Shown here in pieces: positions 18,772 to 27,942 of a stretch of 64,000 nt of DNA. The notes beneath the pieces are model-generated. The model saw nothing but the letters and a program-made list of their open reading frames with translations, ran no database searches and was not told the DNA's origin. Position 1 is the stretch's first letter; the number at the start of each line of letters is the position of its first letter. The stretch covers positions 320,001 to 384,000 of the forward strand of contig CAVZMH010000022.1 of assembly GCA_963776345.1 (NCBI GenBank). Reading direction: 5' to 3'. Both the position numbers and the translations under genes were made by a program. This stretch comes from an uncultured delta proteobacterium (GTDB lineage Bacteria; Myxococcota; Myxococcia; Myxococcales; Myxococcaceae).

Positions 18772-19635
18772 ATGGCCAACGTCGCGTTTCTCGGGACCGG
18801 TCTGATGGGCGCCGCCCTCGCGGAGGCTGCAGCGAAACGCGGCGATCGCGTGAGCGCGTGGAATCGCACCGCGGCCAAGGCCAGGGCCCTCGAGGCGTTC
18901 GGCGTTCGTGCCGCCGAGACGGTGCCGGAGGCCATCGCCGGTGTGGACCGCGTGCACGTCATGCTGGCCGACGACGCCGCCGTCGACCCGGTCCTCGACG
19001 CGGCGGGCGAGGCGCTGCGCTCTGCGCTGGTCATCGATCACTCGACCACCTCACCGGCCGGTACCGCCGCGCGCGCCAAGCGACTCGAGGCACGGGGAAT
19101 CGCGTTCCTGCACGCGCCCGTCTTCATGAGTCCAAGAATGTGCCGCGAGGCGGGCGGCATCATGCTCGTCGCCGGACCACGGACGGCCTTCGCCCGCGCC
19201 GAGGAGGCCTTGCGCCCGATGACTGGCCGCGTCGAGTACCTCGGCGAGCGTCGCGACCTTGCCGCAGCGAACAAGCTGTTCGGGAACGCGATGATCATCG
19301 CCATCTGCGGCGGCCTGGCCGACGTGTACGCGATGGCCGCCTCTCTGGCTATCGACGCGCGCGATGCGCTCGCACTCTTCGGCAAGTTCAACCCCACGGG
19401 CGTCCTCACCTACCGGGGCGCCGCGATGGCCATTGGCGACTACACGCCCAATTTCGAGCTGACGATGGCCCGCAAGGACGCCCGGCTGATGATCGATGCC
19501 GCCCAGGGCCGGGAGCTCGCCGTCCTGCCAGCGATCGCCAAGCGCATGGATGCGCTCATCGCCCGCGGATTTGGATCCGACGACATGGGCGTCCTGGCAG
19601 TCGACGCCGTGCCGAAGAAGTCGCCGCCTCGATGA
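18772..19635 (+). CDS. Beta-hydroxyacid (3-hydroxyisobutyrate-type) dehydrogenase family
   Basis: AFLGTGLMG, WNRT, DHSTTSP, KLFGN, FELTMARKD. Confidence 0.9.
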   Translation: MANVAFLGTGLMGAALAEAAAKRGDRVSAWNRTAAKARALEAFGVRAAETVPEAIAGVDRVHVMLADDAAVDPVLDAAGEALRSALVIDHSTTSPAGTAARAKRLEARGIAFLHAPVFMSPRMCREAGGIMLVAGPRTAFARAEEALRPMTGRVEYLGERRDLAAANKLFGNAMIIAICGGLADVYAMAASLAIDARDALALFGKFNPTGVLTYRGAAMAIGDYTPNFELTMARKDARLMIDAAQGRELAVLPAIAKRMDALIARGFGSDDMGVLAVDAVPKKSPPR

Positions 19636-19743
19636 ATCGTCAGACCCCGCAGCGTGTGCAGGAGAGAACGTCGGCGCGGAAGGTCCGCTTGACGGCTGTG
19701 CGTCGGGGATAGGCTTCGGCCCGAATCTCGAGAGGGGTGGCCA

Positions 19744-20310
19744 ATGAATGCTCTTCGCCTCATCGGTGCGCTGGCAGCCCTTGCTGTCGCTTCCCCGGTC
19801 CATGCCGAGGCCCCGGCCGGGCATCTGCTCGGTCCCGGAGACAAGGCACCAGACTTCACGCTCCTGAGCAACGACTGGAAGGAAGTCAGACTCGGCGATC
19901 TTCGTGGCAAGAAGAACGTGGTGCTCGTCTTCTACGTCCTGGCGTTCACCGATACCTGAACCAGTGAACTCAAAGCCTATCAGGCTGATGGGCCCAAGCT
20001 GGAAGCAAGCGACACGGTGGTGTTTGGAATCAGCAACGACAGTCCAGCGGCAAACGCGGCATACGCTCGCCAGATCGACGTTCACTTTCCCCTGCTGAGC
20101 GATCAGAACGGCAAGGTGCTCAAGCAGTACGGCGTACCGCTCCGTTTCAAGCAGGTGGGGGCCACGAGTTACGAACTGGCGCAACGCGCGACGTTCCTCA
20201 TCGACAAGCAGGGGGTCATTCGACGCGTCGAGCTGGGTGAGGAGGCGGTCGACCCGTCGAAGACCGTGAACGCCTGCAGCCTCCTCGAGCACCGCAAGCC
20301 GGGCCCGTAG
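19744..20310 (+). CDS. Secreted peroxiredoxin-like selenoprotein (188 aa, Sec72 at TGA 19957-19959)
   Basis: Track ORFs 19744-19959 and 20017-20310 are in one frame, separated only by TGA: GDKAPDFTL...VLVFYVLAFTDT-U-TSELKAY...VFGISND...FPLLSD...RATFLIDKQG. Confidence 0.85.
19975..19993 (+). promoter_or_regulatory. Putative bacterial SECIS hairpin
   Basis: GCCUAUCA-GGC-UGAUGGGC: 8-bp stem (one G-U), G-starting apical loop 23 nt after the UGA. Confidence 0.7.
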
Positions 20311-20479
20311 TGCGACGCGCGCAACCCTTATCCGACGATGTCGAGGATCAGCTCCGCGGCTCGGCGGCACTGGAGGCCAGCCGCGGCGAAGAGCCGAACC
20401 TGACGCATGGCCCCGCCGAGCATCCGGCGATAACGGCCAGCCGGGCGAGCGGGGTGGCTCGCCCGGCTGAACGGCCCGC

Positions 20480-23212
20480 TCAGGGCTGATGCGGCGCGGA
20501 GGTGACGGTGTTCACCTGGACGTTGTCGATGATCACCCCGCAGGAATGCCCGGGCCGGACGTCCGCGCAGGTGCCGATGAAGTCCTGGGCATACTCGAAG
20601 CGAAGCTGGGCGGTGGTCCCGGCCATGCCTGGCAGCCGGAGCCGGACGTGCTGGAACCCGTTCGACGCCCCCGCCCATGCCGACATGTCCTCGAAGTAGG
20701 CCGGGTCGCCATTGCGGGGAAAGTGCTTCGGATACTGCTGCAAGGCCCCGGTCTCGAACCGATCCTCGAACGCCTCCGCCAGCACCGATCTCAGGGTATT
20801 GCCGGTGGTGAGGTCGGTGACCCGGAGGAACAACCCGTCGTACGCCAGGATGTTGAAGCTCGGGTCGTCCTCGGTATCGTAGCAGATGTCGAAGTCGACC
20901 GTCACGTACTCCGCGTTCCCCGGCACGGCGAACGCGGGGCTGAAGAGCCGTTGCCAGGCCGAGCCGTCGGTGTTGGTGTGGAACGCTCCGTTCGATTGCG
21001 TCCCGCAGAAGCCCGGGCTGCCGGGCGACCCGGGCATGATCTTCCAGTTGATCGACGGGTCACCCGTCTGCGCCACCGCCCTCCACCCAGTCGGAATCGC
21101 ACCCGAGCCGTCGAAGCTCTCGGAGATCAAGACGGTGCTCTGCGGCGTGCCGGTGAAGAGGGTGTGGAGCAGCACGGTGCGCTGGTGGTCGTCGGTGTAC
21201 ACCTCGAGGCGCAGCTCGATCGGTGTCCCCGGGATGAACGACGGCCGGGTGAAGAGGAAGAAGGGAAGGACGTTCTGCTGTGCCTCACCAGGCTTGATGT
21301 CCCGCCAGGCCGAGATCCCGAGGAGCACGTCGACGCCAGGTGTGCTGGTCGAGAGGCGGGCCACCACGTCCCTCAGCTTTTCCTTGCTCAGGGTATTGGT
21401 CACGTAGTTCCGGAGCTCGACCTTGAGGGTGAAAAGCTCGCCGGGGTCGACGAACCCGTTTCCACCGCTGTCCTTGACCGTCTCCCCCTGCCAGTCCAGC
21501 GGAGAGGCGTCGAACTTGTGGTCCGCGCTGGGGAGGATCTGCACCAGCGCATCCGGCACCGTCAGGCTCAGGTCCGGCTGGCCATCGACGAAACCCGCGG
21601 GCGGACGGGAGGCCAGGGCGAACACGGGATAGAACTTCCCCTTCATCGCCACGCACTGGTTGTAGTCCCCCAGGTTCGGCTGGCTGGTGTCATTGCCCCA
21701 GCCCGCGTGGAACGGACGATCGTTGAGCGGCAGCGGCTGGCTCCAGTGGCGGCCACCGTCGTCGGAGAACAGGTAGGACACGTCGGTGAGATCCCCCGAC
21801 GCGGCCGTGCCCTGATCGTAATAGTGCACGAAGACGCGACCCGTGTCGTTGTCCACCGTGACCGCGGGGAACCACTGAGCCCGGTCGGCGCCAGGACGGC
21901 TGTTGAGAGCGACCGGTTTGTCGAAGTGGCGGCCGCCATCGGAGCTTCTCAGCAGCATGATGTCGGCGCCGTCCTGCGAGTCGTTGCTGGCGTAGACGAC
22001 GTAGATGTTGCCCCGGTTGCGTCCCCATGACTTGTCCACGGCCATCGAGGGGAAGCTGTGCACCCGGTCGTTCCCCAAGATGTAGTCGATGATGAAGAAC
22101 GGCGCGGAGATCTCCACCGGGGCGCCCCAGGTCTTCCCTCCGTCATCGGAGCGGGCGAAGGCGATGCTGTTGCTCAGGCCCCCCGGCAGCCTCCGCCAGG
22201 CCACGTAGGCGCGGTCCTTCTCCGGGCCGAACCGTGGAATCGAGCCCGTGCCCTCGCGGATGGTGGCGCTGATGATCGCCGCGCTGGCGAAGGTGGGCGG
22301 GGTGCTGGAGAGCACGTCGTCCGAGTAGGTGCTGAGGATCTGCGTGCCACCGGGCGCGACCGGGGTGAAGTTTGTCCAGGTCATCAGGACGCGGCCGGTG
22401 CGCCGATCGACGTCCATGAACTCCTTGTCCGCTGCATCGACCGGGAAGCCGTCGGGATCCAGGACCCCGCTCGGATTGGAGGCGGCAGTCACCTCGAAGG
22501 GGCCCTCCCAGCTGTGCCCGCAGTCGCGCGAGCGGTGGATACTCATTGTCTGGACGATGGCCGGCCCGAGCGCGAAGTCCTTCACCACCAGGAGGATGGA
22601 GGAATAGACGAAGTTGCAGCCGCCCAGGTACTTCACGTCGGGGTCGCCGAAGACCTGAGGGAACCCGAAGATGTCGGGCGGCCCGCCGGGCAGCTGCCCA
22701 CCATCGGTGAACGTCTTGCCACCGTCGTCCGAGTACATGAAGCCCGACACCGAGGTCTGAGCGAGATCGAAGCCACGGAAGTCGTTGAAGCCGACGACGA
22801 TGTGCTTCCCGGTGTCGTCGATGGCAATGGACGTCTCCGCCTGCCCGCCCCGCGGAAGCTCGCCCTCGTCGAGGCAGGCCGGGTCGGCCGAGCAGTCCGG
22901 CTCCTCGCCCCCCTCGTCCTCATCGCCATCGCTCGGAGGGGGTCGGCTCACGGCGGCGCGCCCGACCGGTGCGCCCACGACCGAGGGCGCCAGGGCCGCC
23001 TTTGCCGCCGGCGCGGCCAGCCGCATCGTCACCCCGCCTTGGGCCCGGATACGCGCACGCACTGTCGCGGCGCGCTTGCCCATGCTGGACATGCCGGTGC
23101 CGGCGTGCCCGGGCCTGGCCAGAGCATCTGGCGGCCGCTCCGCGAGAGCGACTCCCGGGAGTCCCAGCGAAGCCGCCAGCAACCACACCGCGAAGACTCC
23201 GGACCTGGACAT
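20480..23212 (-). CDS. Large secreted BNR/Asp-box (sialidase-like) propeller protein
   Basis: GGAGG RBS, signal peptide; repeated Asp-boxes YSDDGGKTF, RSRDCGHSW, RSDDGGKTW, RSSDGGRHF, FSDDGGRHW; GDYN. Confidence 0.85.
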   Translation of the reverse strand: MSRSGVFAVWLLAASLGLPGVALAERPPDALARPGHAGTGMSSMGKRAATVRARIRAQGGVTMRLAAPAAKAALAPSVVGAPVGRAAVSRPPPSDGDEDEGGEEPDCSADPACLDEGELPRGGQAETSIAIDDTGKHIVVGFNDFRGFDLAQTSVSGFMYSDDGGKTFTDGGQLPGGPPDIFGFPQVFGDPDVKYLGGCNFVYSSILLVVKDFALGPAIVQTMSIHRSRDCGHSWEGPFEVTAASNPSGVLDPDGFPVDAADKEFMDVDRRTGRVLMTWTNFTPVAPGGTQILSTYSDDVLSSTPPTFASAAIISATIREGTGSIPRFGPEKDRAYVAWRRLPGGLSNSIAFARSDDGGKTWGAPVEISAPFFIIDYILGNDRVHSFPSMAVDKSWGRNRGNIYVVYASNDSQDGADIMLLRSSDGGRHFDKPVALNSRPGADRAQWFPAVTVDNDTGRVFVHYYDQGTAASGDLTDVSYLFSDDGGRHWSQPLPLNDRPFHAGWGNDTSQPNLGDYNQCVAMKGKFYPVFALASRPPAGFVDGQPDLSLTVPDALVQILPSADHKFDASPLDWQGETVKDSGGNGFVDPGELFTLKVELRNYVTNTLSKEKLRDVVARLSTSTPGVDVLLGISAWRDIKPGEAQQNVLPFFLFTRPSFIPGTPIELRLEVYTDDHQRTVLLHTLFTGTPQSTVLISESFDGSGAIPTGWRAVAQTGDPSINWKIMPGSPGSPGFCGTQSNGAFHTNTDGSAWQRLFSPAFAVPGNAEYVTVDFDICYDTEDDPSFNILAYDGLFLRVTDLTTGNTLRSVLAEAFEDRFETGALQQYPKHFPRNGDPAYFEDMSAWAGASNGFQHVRLRLPGMAGTTAQLRFEYAQDFIGTCADVRPGHSCGVIIDNVQVNTVTSAPHQP

Positions 23213-23379
23213 GGATTTCCTCCCCACGCTGGAGTGCCAGCGTTGAACCGATTCGATTCACCCACCCTCGACGAAGCGGCCCAGTGCACTACCACTTCGT
23301 CGCGTGCGACGGTGGGACGATTCCGTGGTGAGCGCGAGGGCCCGTCCCGCCGCAGTGCGGCGTCCGCTGGCGGCCTCCG

Positions 23380-23490
23380 TGCTCGGAGTGCCGCGCGGGT
23401 GCTCGAGAATGGCCTGGGCGTTGGAGGAGCGGAGGACGACGGCGACGATGCGCCGGGCGCCGCCGCACGAGGGCGCGAACGAGGAATTCA
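23380..23490 (-). pseudogene. Remnant resembling the C-terminus of IS91-like (rolling-circle) transposases
   Basis: Reads FAPSCGGARRIVAVVLRSSNAQAILEH, like the CxxCGG-x-MR-IIA...ILxHL tail of these transposases; no intact ORF. Confidence 0.4.
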
Positions 23491-23571
23491 GGTGCGCCGC
23501 GCGCACTGGAGCGCTGGTAGGTCCCTGGGTCCGGACGTACTCCCCCCGGGAGGGATTGGCCTGGGTTCGCG

Positions 23572-23716
23572 CCCGGTCGCCTCCGAGTTCCCGTTGCCCA
23601 CCTCCCCGGGAACGCTCCCTGGGCTCCCCGCGCCGGGAGGCATCACGGCCGGGCCTGACGGAAACGTCTGGTTCACGGTACCGGGCTCGGACGAGATCGG
23701 TCGCATCGCTCCCTAG
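23572..23716 (+). pseudogene. Orphan Vgb (virginiamycin B lyase-like) propeller repeat fragment
   Basis: SEFPLPT...PGGITAGPDGNVWFTVPGSDEIGRIAP* with no credible 5' gene. Confidence 0.6.
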
Positions 23717-24827
23717 CTCACCGACTCCGGGTCGAGGGAGGAACGACCCGTTGCCCGTTTCCGCCAGCTCCGCCACTTCCGCCGGTCGAGGTCCTCCGGC
23801 GGAGGCCGGCATTCAGCGCTCCGGCCACCGGGCCGGCCGCTTCTCGATGAATGCGTCGATCCCCTCGGCGGCGTCCGGTTCGAGCATGCTGAACGCCATC
23901 GACTCGCTGGTCGTCGCATAGGCACCTTCGAGCGGCTGGTCAATCTGCCGGTAGAAGGCGCGCTTTCCGGTGGCGACCACCTTCCCGCTTCGCGCCAGGA
24001 TGATGCTCACCAACCGAGCCACCTCGGCGTCGAGCGACGCCGCGGGCACGACCCGGTTCAGGAGGCCCCAGCCGAGGGCGGTGGGCGCGTCGACCAGTTC
24101 GCCCGTGAGCAGCATCTCCATCGAGCGCTTGCGACCGATGTTCCGGGCGACGCCGACGGCGGGGGTGGAGCAGAAGATTCCGACGTTCACCCCGGGCAGC
24201 GCAAATCGCGCCTCGTTCGACGCCACCGCGAGATCGCACATCGACACCAGCTGGCATCCCGCCGCCGTGGCGATCCCGTGCACGCGGGCAACGATTGGCT
24301 GCGGGATCTCGGTCATCTTGACCATCATCCTGCTGCAATCGGCAAAGAGCTTCTGCTGCCACGGCTTGTCGTCGCTGTGCGCGCGCATCTCCTTGAGGTC
24401 GTGCCCGGCGCAGAAACCCTTCCCGGCGCCAGCGAGGACGACGACCCGCGCCGTGCGGTCCGCCGCGAGCGCGTCGAGTTCCCCTTCCAGCGCCGCGATC
24501 ATCGCGGTCGAGAGCGGATTGAATCGTTCGCCCCGATTCAGGGTCAGGGTCACCACTCCGCGGTCGTTCCGCCGCAGGACGAAGGGTGTCTCGGCGGCGG
24601 CCCCTTCGATCGCATTCATGCCCGTCCACCTCGCTCTCGTTGCCTGTGGTCCTCCTCTTGTCACGCCGCATGCGCGCTCACAAGGGAGCTGCCGACCGCG
24701 CTGCGCGCATGGCCCGCTGGAGCAGGAACCTCACCAGCGCAGCCTCGAGCGCCGCCCGGCGGGAACGCTCCCTGGGCGCCCCACGCCGGGAGGCATCACG
24801 GCCGGGCCTGACGGCAACGTCTGGTTC
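23607..24827 (+). repeat. 68-bp direct repeats (23607-23674, 24760-24827) flanking the enoyl-CoA hydratase
   Basis: 65/68 identical by manual alignment; both encode GGITAGPDGNVWF. Confidence 0.85.
23813..24619 (-). CDS. Enoyl-CoA hydratase/crotonase family protein
   Basis: FCAGHDLKEM, VHGIATAAGCQLVSMCDLA, FALPGVNVGIFCSTP, EGIDAFIEKR. Confidence 0.92.
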   Translation of the reverse strand: MNAIEGAAAETPFVLRRNDRGVVTLTLNRGERFNPLSTAMIAALEGELDALAADRTARVVVLAGAGKGFCAGHDLKEMRAHSDDKPWQQKLFADCSRMMVKMTEIPQPIVARVHGIATAAGCQLVSMCDLAVASNEARFALPGVNVGIFCSTPAVGVARNIGRKRSMEMLLTGELVDAPTALGWGLLNRVVPAASLDAEVARLVSIILARSGKVVATGKRAFYRQIDQPLEGAYATTSESMAFSMLEPDAAEGIDAFIEKRPARWPER

Positions 24828-24980
24828 GTTCCAGGGTCGCCTCCTGGCGATCCACCACCCGCTGCGGGAGCGACCTCGCCTGCTGCGTCCCGGGCGTGTC
24901 GATGGAATCGTTCCTCCATGCGCCCGTTCCCCCGATCGTCCCGTCTCGACTCCTCGTGGCGGGGAATCGGGAGGTTCGTC

Positions 24981-25289
24981 ATGCGCCGTTGCGTTCTGGG
25001 TACGTTCTTGCTCCTTGCCGCCTGTGGTAGCGGAGGCCTGAGCTCACCGTCGGGGGACACTGCAGTCGACCCGCGCGCCGAGAGGGCTCGCCTCGCCTTC
25101 ACCTCGGGCGGCCGAGAGGCGCTGCGCTCCTACGCGGATATCTACGGCGACGACGCGGTGAACTCCTGCTTCGCGGCCTGGATCGACGAGGCAGGCACCC
25201 CGAGTCTGTACGAGCCGGTGGCCAAGCCCGACGTCCAGGCGCTCCGCCAGTTCCTCTGCACCTGTATCGGTGCCACCGACTGCCTGTAG
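24981..25289 (+). CDS. Small lipoprotein, unknown function
   Basis: GGAGG RBS; LLLAAC lipobox; C-terminal CxC...C. Confidence 0.65.
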   Translation: MRRCVLGTFLLLAACGSGGLSSPSGDTAVDPRAERARLAFTSGGREALRSYADIYGDDAVNSCFAAWIDEAGTPSLYEPVAKPDVQALRQFLCTCIGATDCL

Positions 25290-25420
25290 TTCCTCGCCGG
25301 GGCGCCCCCGACAGCGAACGGCAGCGATCCGTGTCCGCTTTCGCCGCTCGTTTCCGTCTTGAGGGGAGGCAAAGCCGCGCCATTGGCCTGGCGGTGCCTT
25401 TCCATCGAGGGAGACGTCAC

Positions 25421-26723
25421 ATGAGCGAATGGTGGATGCAGAGAACGATGGCCGTGGGCCTCGCGGTCATCGCGCTGGCGGCATGGAGCGCCGGGCCGGC
25501 CCGCGCCGGAGATCGAGGCCAGCGGGAGGAGCACGAGGAGAAGGTCCGCAAGAGGAGCGCCGAGAAGACGCTCTACATCTGGGCCGGTGACGCCGAGCGG
25601 GTCCGCCCGGACTTTCTGGCGGTGATCGACTTCAACGAGAACTCGGCGAACTACGGAAAGGTGCTGCGCACGGTCGCGGTTCCGCCTCCCGGCAACGTGG
25701 GCAACGAGCCGCACCACTGCCACCTCTCCACCGACAAGAACATCCTGGCCTGCGGCGGGTTGCTGAGCGTGCTCTCCGGCCAGAACGGCATCTTCTTCTT
25801 CGACGTCTCCGACGCCCGGAAGCCGGAGATTCCTCTTCTCCACCAGGGCTCCGAGCTCCAGCATCACCGACGACTTCCTGCCGCTGCCCGGCGGGGGCTT
25901 CCTGGTGACGCAGATGGGATCGGCGACGGGAGACGCGCCGGGCCGCGTGGCCGAGTTCGACCGCCACCTCCGGCTGGTGGCGGAGCATCCCGCCAACCCG
26001 CCCACCGATGGCTTCAACCCCCACGGCATCTCGGCCCGCTTCGACCTCGACCTGTTCGTCACCAGCGACTTCATCAATCCGGCGTCCACGCTCAACTCAT
26101 GGCCCGGACCGGTCGAGCTTCGCGGCGCCCTGCGCTTCTGGAACCTCTCGCGCCGCGAGATCGCGCGCACGGTCTTCCTGCCCGAGGCGCTCGGCTCGAT
26201 GGACGTGAAGCTGATCCCCAACGATCCTCACGGTCGTGCGGTGACCGCCAACATGTTCAGCGGGCTGGTCTACACAGTGGACCCCACCGACGGCAGCGTG
26301 GTGCAGTCCTTCGACTGCGAGGACATCGTTCCCCACGTCGAGGTCCCCGTCCCCGGTGGGATGGTGCAGCTGCTGGCGATGCCGGAGAGCGGGGATCGCC
26401 TCATCTTCGGCTCCTTCCAGGCCGGTCAGGTGGGTCTGCTCGACATCAGCGACCGCAGGGCCTTCAAGCAGCTCTCGGTCGTGAACCTGGGCGTCGGCGC
26501 CGGCCCCCACGACATCGACCTGACCGACGACGACGCGCGCCTGGTGGTCACCGACTACTTCCTCGACGAGGATGACTTCGGGCGGATCCACTTCGACGGA
26601 GATCGCAAGGTCCGGGTGATCAAGGTCACCCGTGACGCCCTCACCCTCGATACCCGCTTCGACCTGGACTTCAACACCGCCTTCGACCACCCGGCGCGCC
26701 CCCATGGAATCGCCATGAAGTAG
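25421..26723 (+). pseudogene. Secreted SBP56 (selenium-binding protein/methanethiol oxidase)-related propeller protein, +1 frameshift near 25826
   Basis: PDFLAVIDF...YGKV...GNEPHH; after removing one G reads KPRFLFSTRAPSSSITDDFL, then FNPHG, GAGPH, RPHG. Confidence 0.75.
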
Positions 26724-26729
26724 TGGAGA

Positions 26730-26982
26730 GCCTCCGGCGACGCTTGAACATCCACGCCACCGGCCCGAGCCAGGGGAGCGCGCCTGCGGGCGGGACGGAG
26801 CCGCAGCCGGCGCCCGAGCTTCCGCTGCCTCCGCCCCCTTGCGCCTGGGTCCCACCGTCGGCGGCCGGGGCCCGCCCCACGGTGACGGATCCCGACCCGA
26901 TCGCGGAGGCGCCGCCGACGGGGGAGGGCTTGACGAGCCCGAAGATGCGAATGCTGGTAGCCGCTCTGTTCACTGGGGACAT
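26730..26982 (-). pseudogene. Orphan 3' gene fragment ending in a MYXO-CTERM-like tail
   Basis: ADGGTQAQGGGGSGSSGAGCGSVPPAGALPWLGPVAWMFKRRRR with no upstream domain or signal peptide. Confidence 0.5.
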
Positions 26983-27170
26983 CAGTCCCCCGCCTGCTCC
27001 AGTGCCCAGCGGAGCAGGTGCACGATCGCGTCCGTTCTCTTCCCCCCGTGGCGCGCGGCGTAGGCGTCGAGGCGCGCCAGGAGGTCCACGGGAAGACGCA
27101 GGCTCGTCCCCTTCCTTGGAACAGCCGATTTCCTCGGCAACGGCGGCACCTTGCTGCTCCCCTTGGGCAT
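26982..27170 (-). CDS. Ribbon-helix-helix (CopG/Arc-like) DNA-binding protein, 62 aa
   Basis: KGTSLRLPVDLLARLDAYAARHGGKRTDAIVHLLRWAL fits the RHH strand-helix-helix pattern. Confidence 0.75.
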   Translation of the reverse strand: MPKGSSKVPPLPRKSAVPRKGTSLRLPVDLLARLDAYAARHGGKRTDAIVHLLRWALEQAGD

Positions 27171-27212
27171 GTGCGCAGTGTACCGCGCGGGTGAACCTTG
27201 TCCGGTTTTCAC

Positions 27213-27245
27213 TTGTGGTGCAGTCTGTACCACAATTTGCACCAC
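27213..27245. promoter_or_regulatory. Operator-like palindrome plus extra half-site between divergent genes
   Basis: TTGTGGTGCAG-T-CTGTACCACAA (11-bp arms, 1 mismatch) then TGCACCAC at 27238-27245, in an AT-richer gap. Confidence 0.65.
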
Positions 27246-27339
27246 GACGGAGGAACGATGGCCACCAGTTGCGACGGGTGCGGTCAGCTCTGGCAACGTC
27301 ACGGCCTCGTCGCAGGGTCGTGGTGTTCAGCCGAGGAGG

Positions 27340-27690
27340 ATGCCCGTGCCAAAGACGAACGTGGTGCCCCTGTTCGGGCCCTCCCCCCGGGATCAGTGGT
27401 TGAACGAGCTCCAGGAGGAACTCCATGGCCTGTTGGAGAGCCTCCCGGCGCGCCCATGCCGGCGGAAGCTGCCCCCTGAAGCGAAGGCGTGGCGTGCCGT
27501 CGCGCGAGCGCTCGTGACGCGCGAACTGGGAGCCAACCAGTTCGGCCGCAGCTACGCGGGCGCGCTCTGGGCCGCCGTCCAGGGCTACGCAGAGGGGCGG
27601 CTCAGCGGAGCGACGCTCCGCGCGGTCCTCCGGCGCGTCGACCTGCTCGCCTCGGAGCGGCCGCTGCGACCGATGGGAGAGACGGCGTGA
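27340..27690 (+). CDS. Hypothetical protein (start ATG 27340 or GTG 27346)
   Basis: GAGGAGG RBS; helical ~115-aa ORF starting PKTNVVPLF. Confidence 0.6.
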   Translation: MPVPKTNVVPLFGPSPRDQWLNELQEELHGLLESLPARPCRRKLPPEAKAWRAVARALVTRELGANQFGRSYAGALWAAVQGYAEGRLSGATLRAVLRRVDLLASERPLRPMGETA

Positions 27691-27706
27691 GGCCCTCGCC
27701 CCGAGC

Positions 27707-27862
27707 GCGCTGCTCCTCATCGCGGTGCTCTTTCACCTGGGGGTCGCGCTCACCCACGGCCTCGCCACCTTCGCCCTGACCATGTCCGCGGCGCTGGTTC
27801 TCTACCTCCGCCCGGCCGAGCGTTCCTCGAAGCCCGTGGCGCGCGTCCCCGTCGCGCCGTGA
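27707..27862 (+). pseudogene. 3' fragment resembling SdpB/HTTM-family membrane protein
   Basis: ALLLIAVLFHLGVALTHGLATFALTMSAALVLYLRP...*, like the FH..IA..HGL..F..M...L.LYLRP C-terminus of SdpB-family proteins. Confidence 0.5.
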
Positions 27863-27942
27863 CTCGAGGTTGGTTACCGCCGCGGTGAACTCCCGGGCTC
27901 CGCCGGGAGTACGCAACGCCGGCGAGCGTAGGATGGTGAGCG

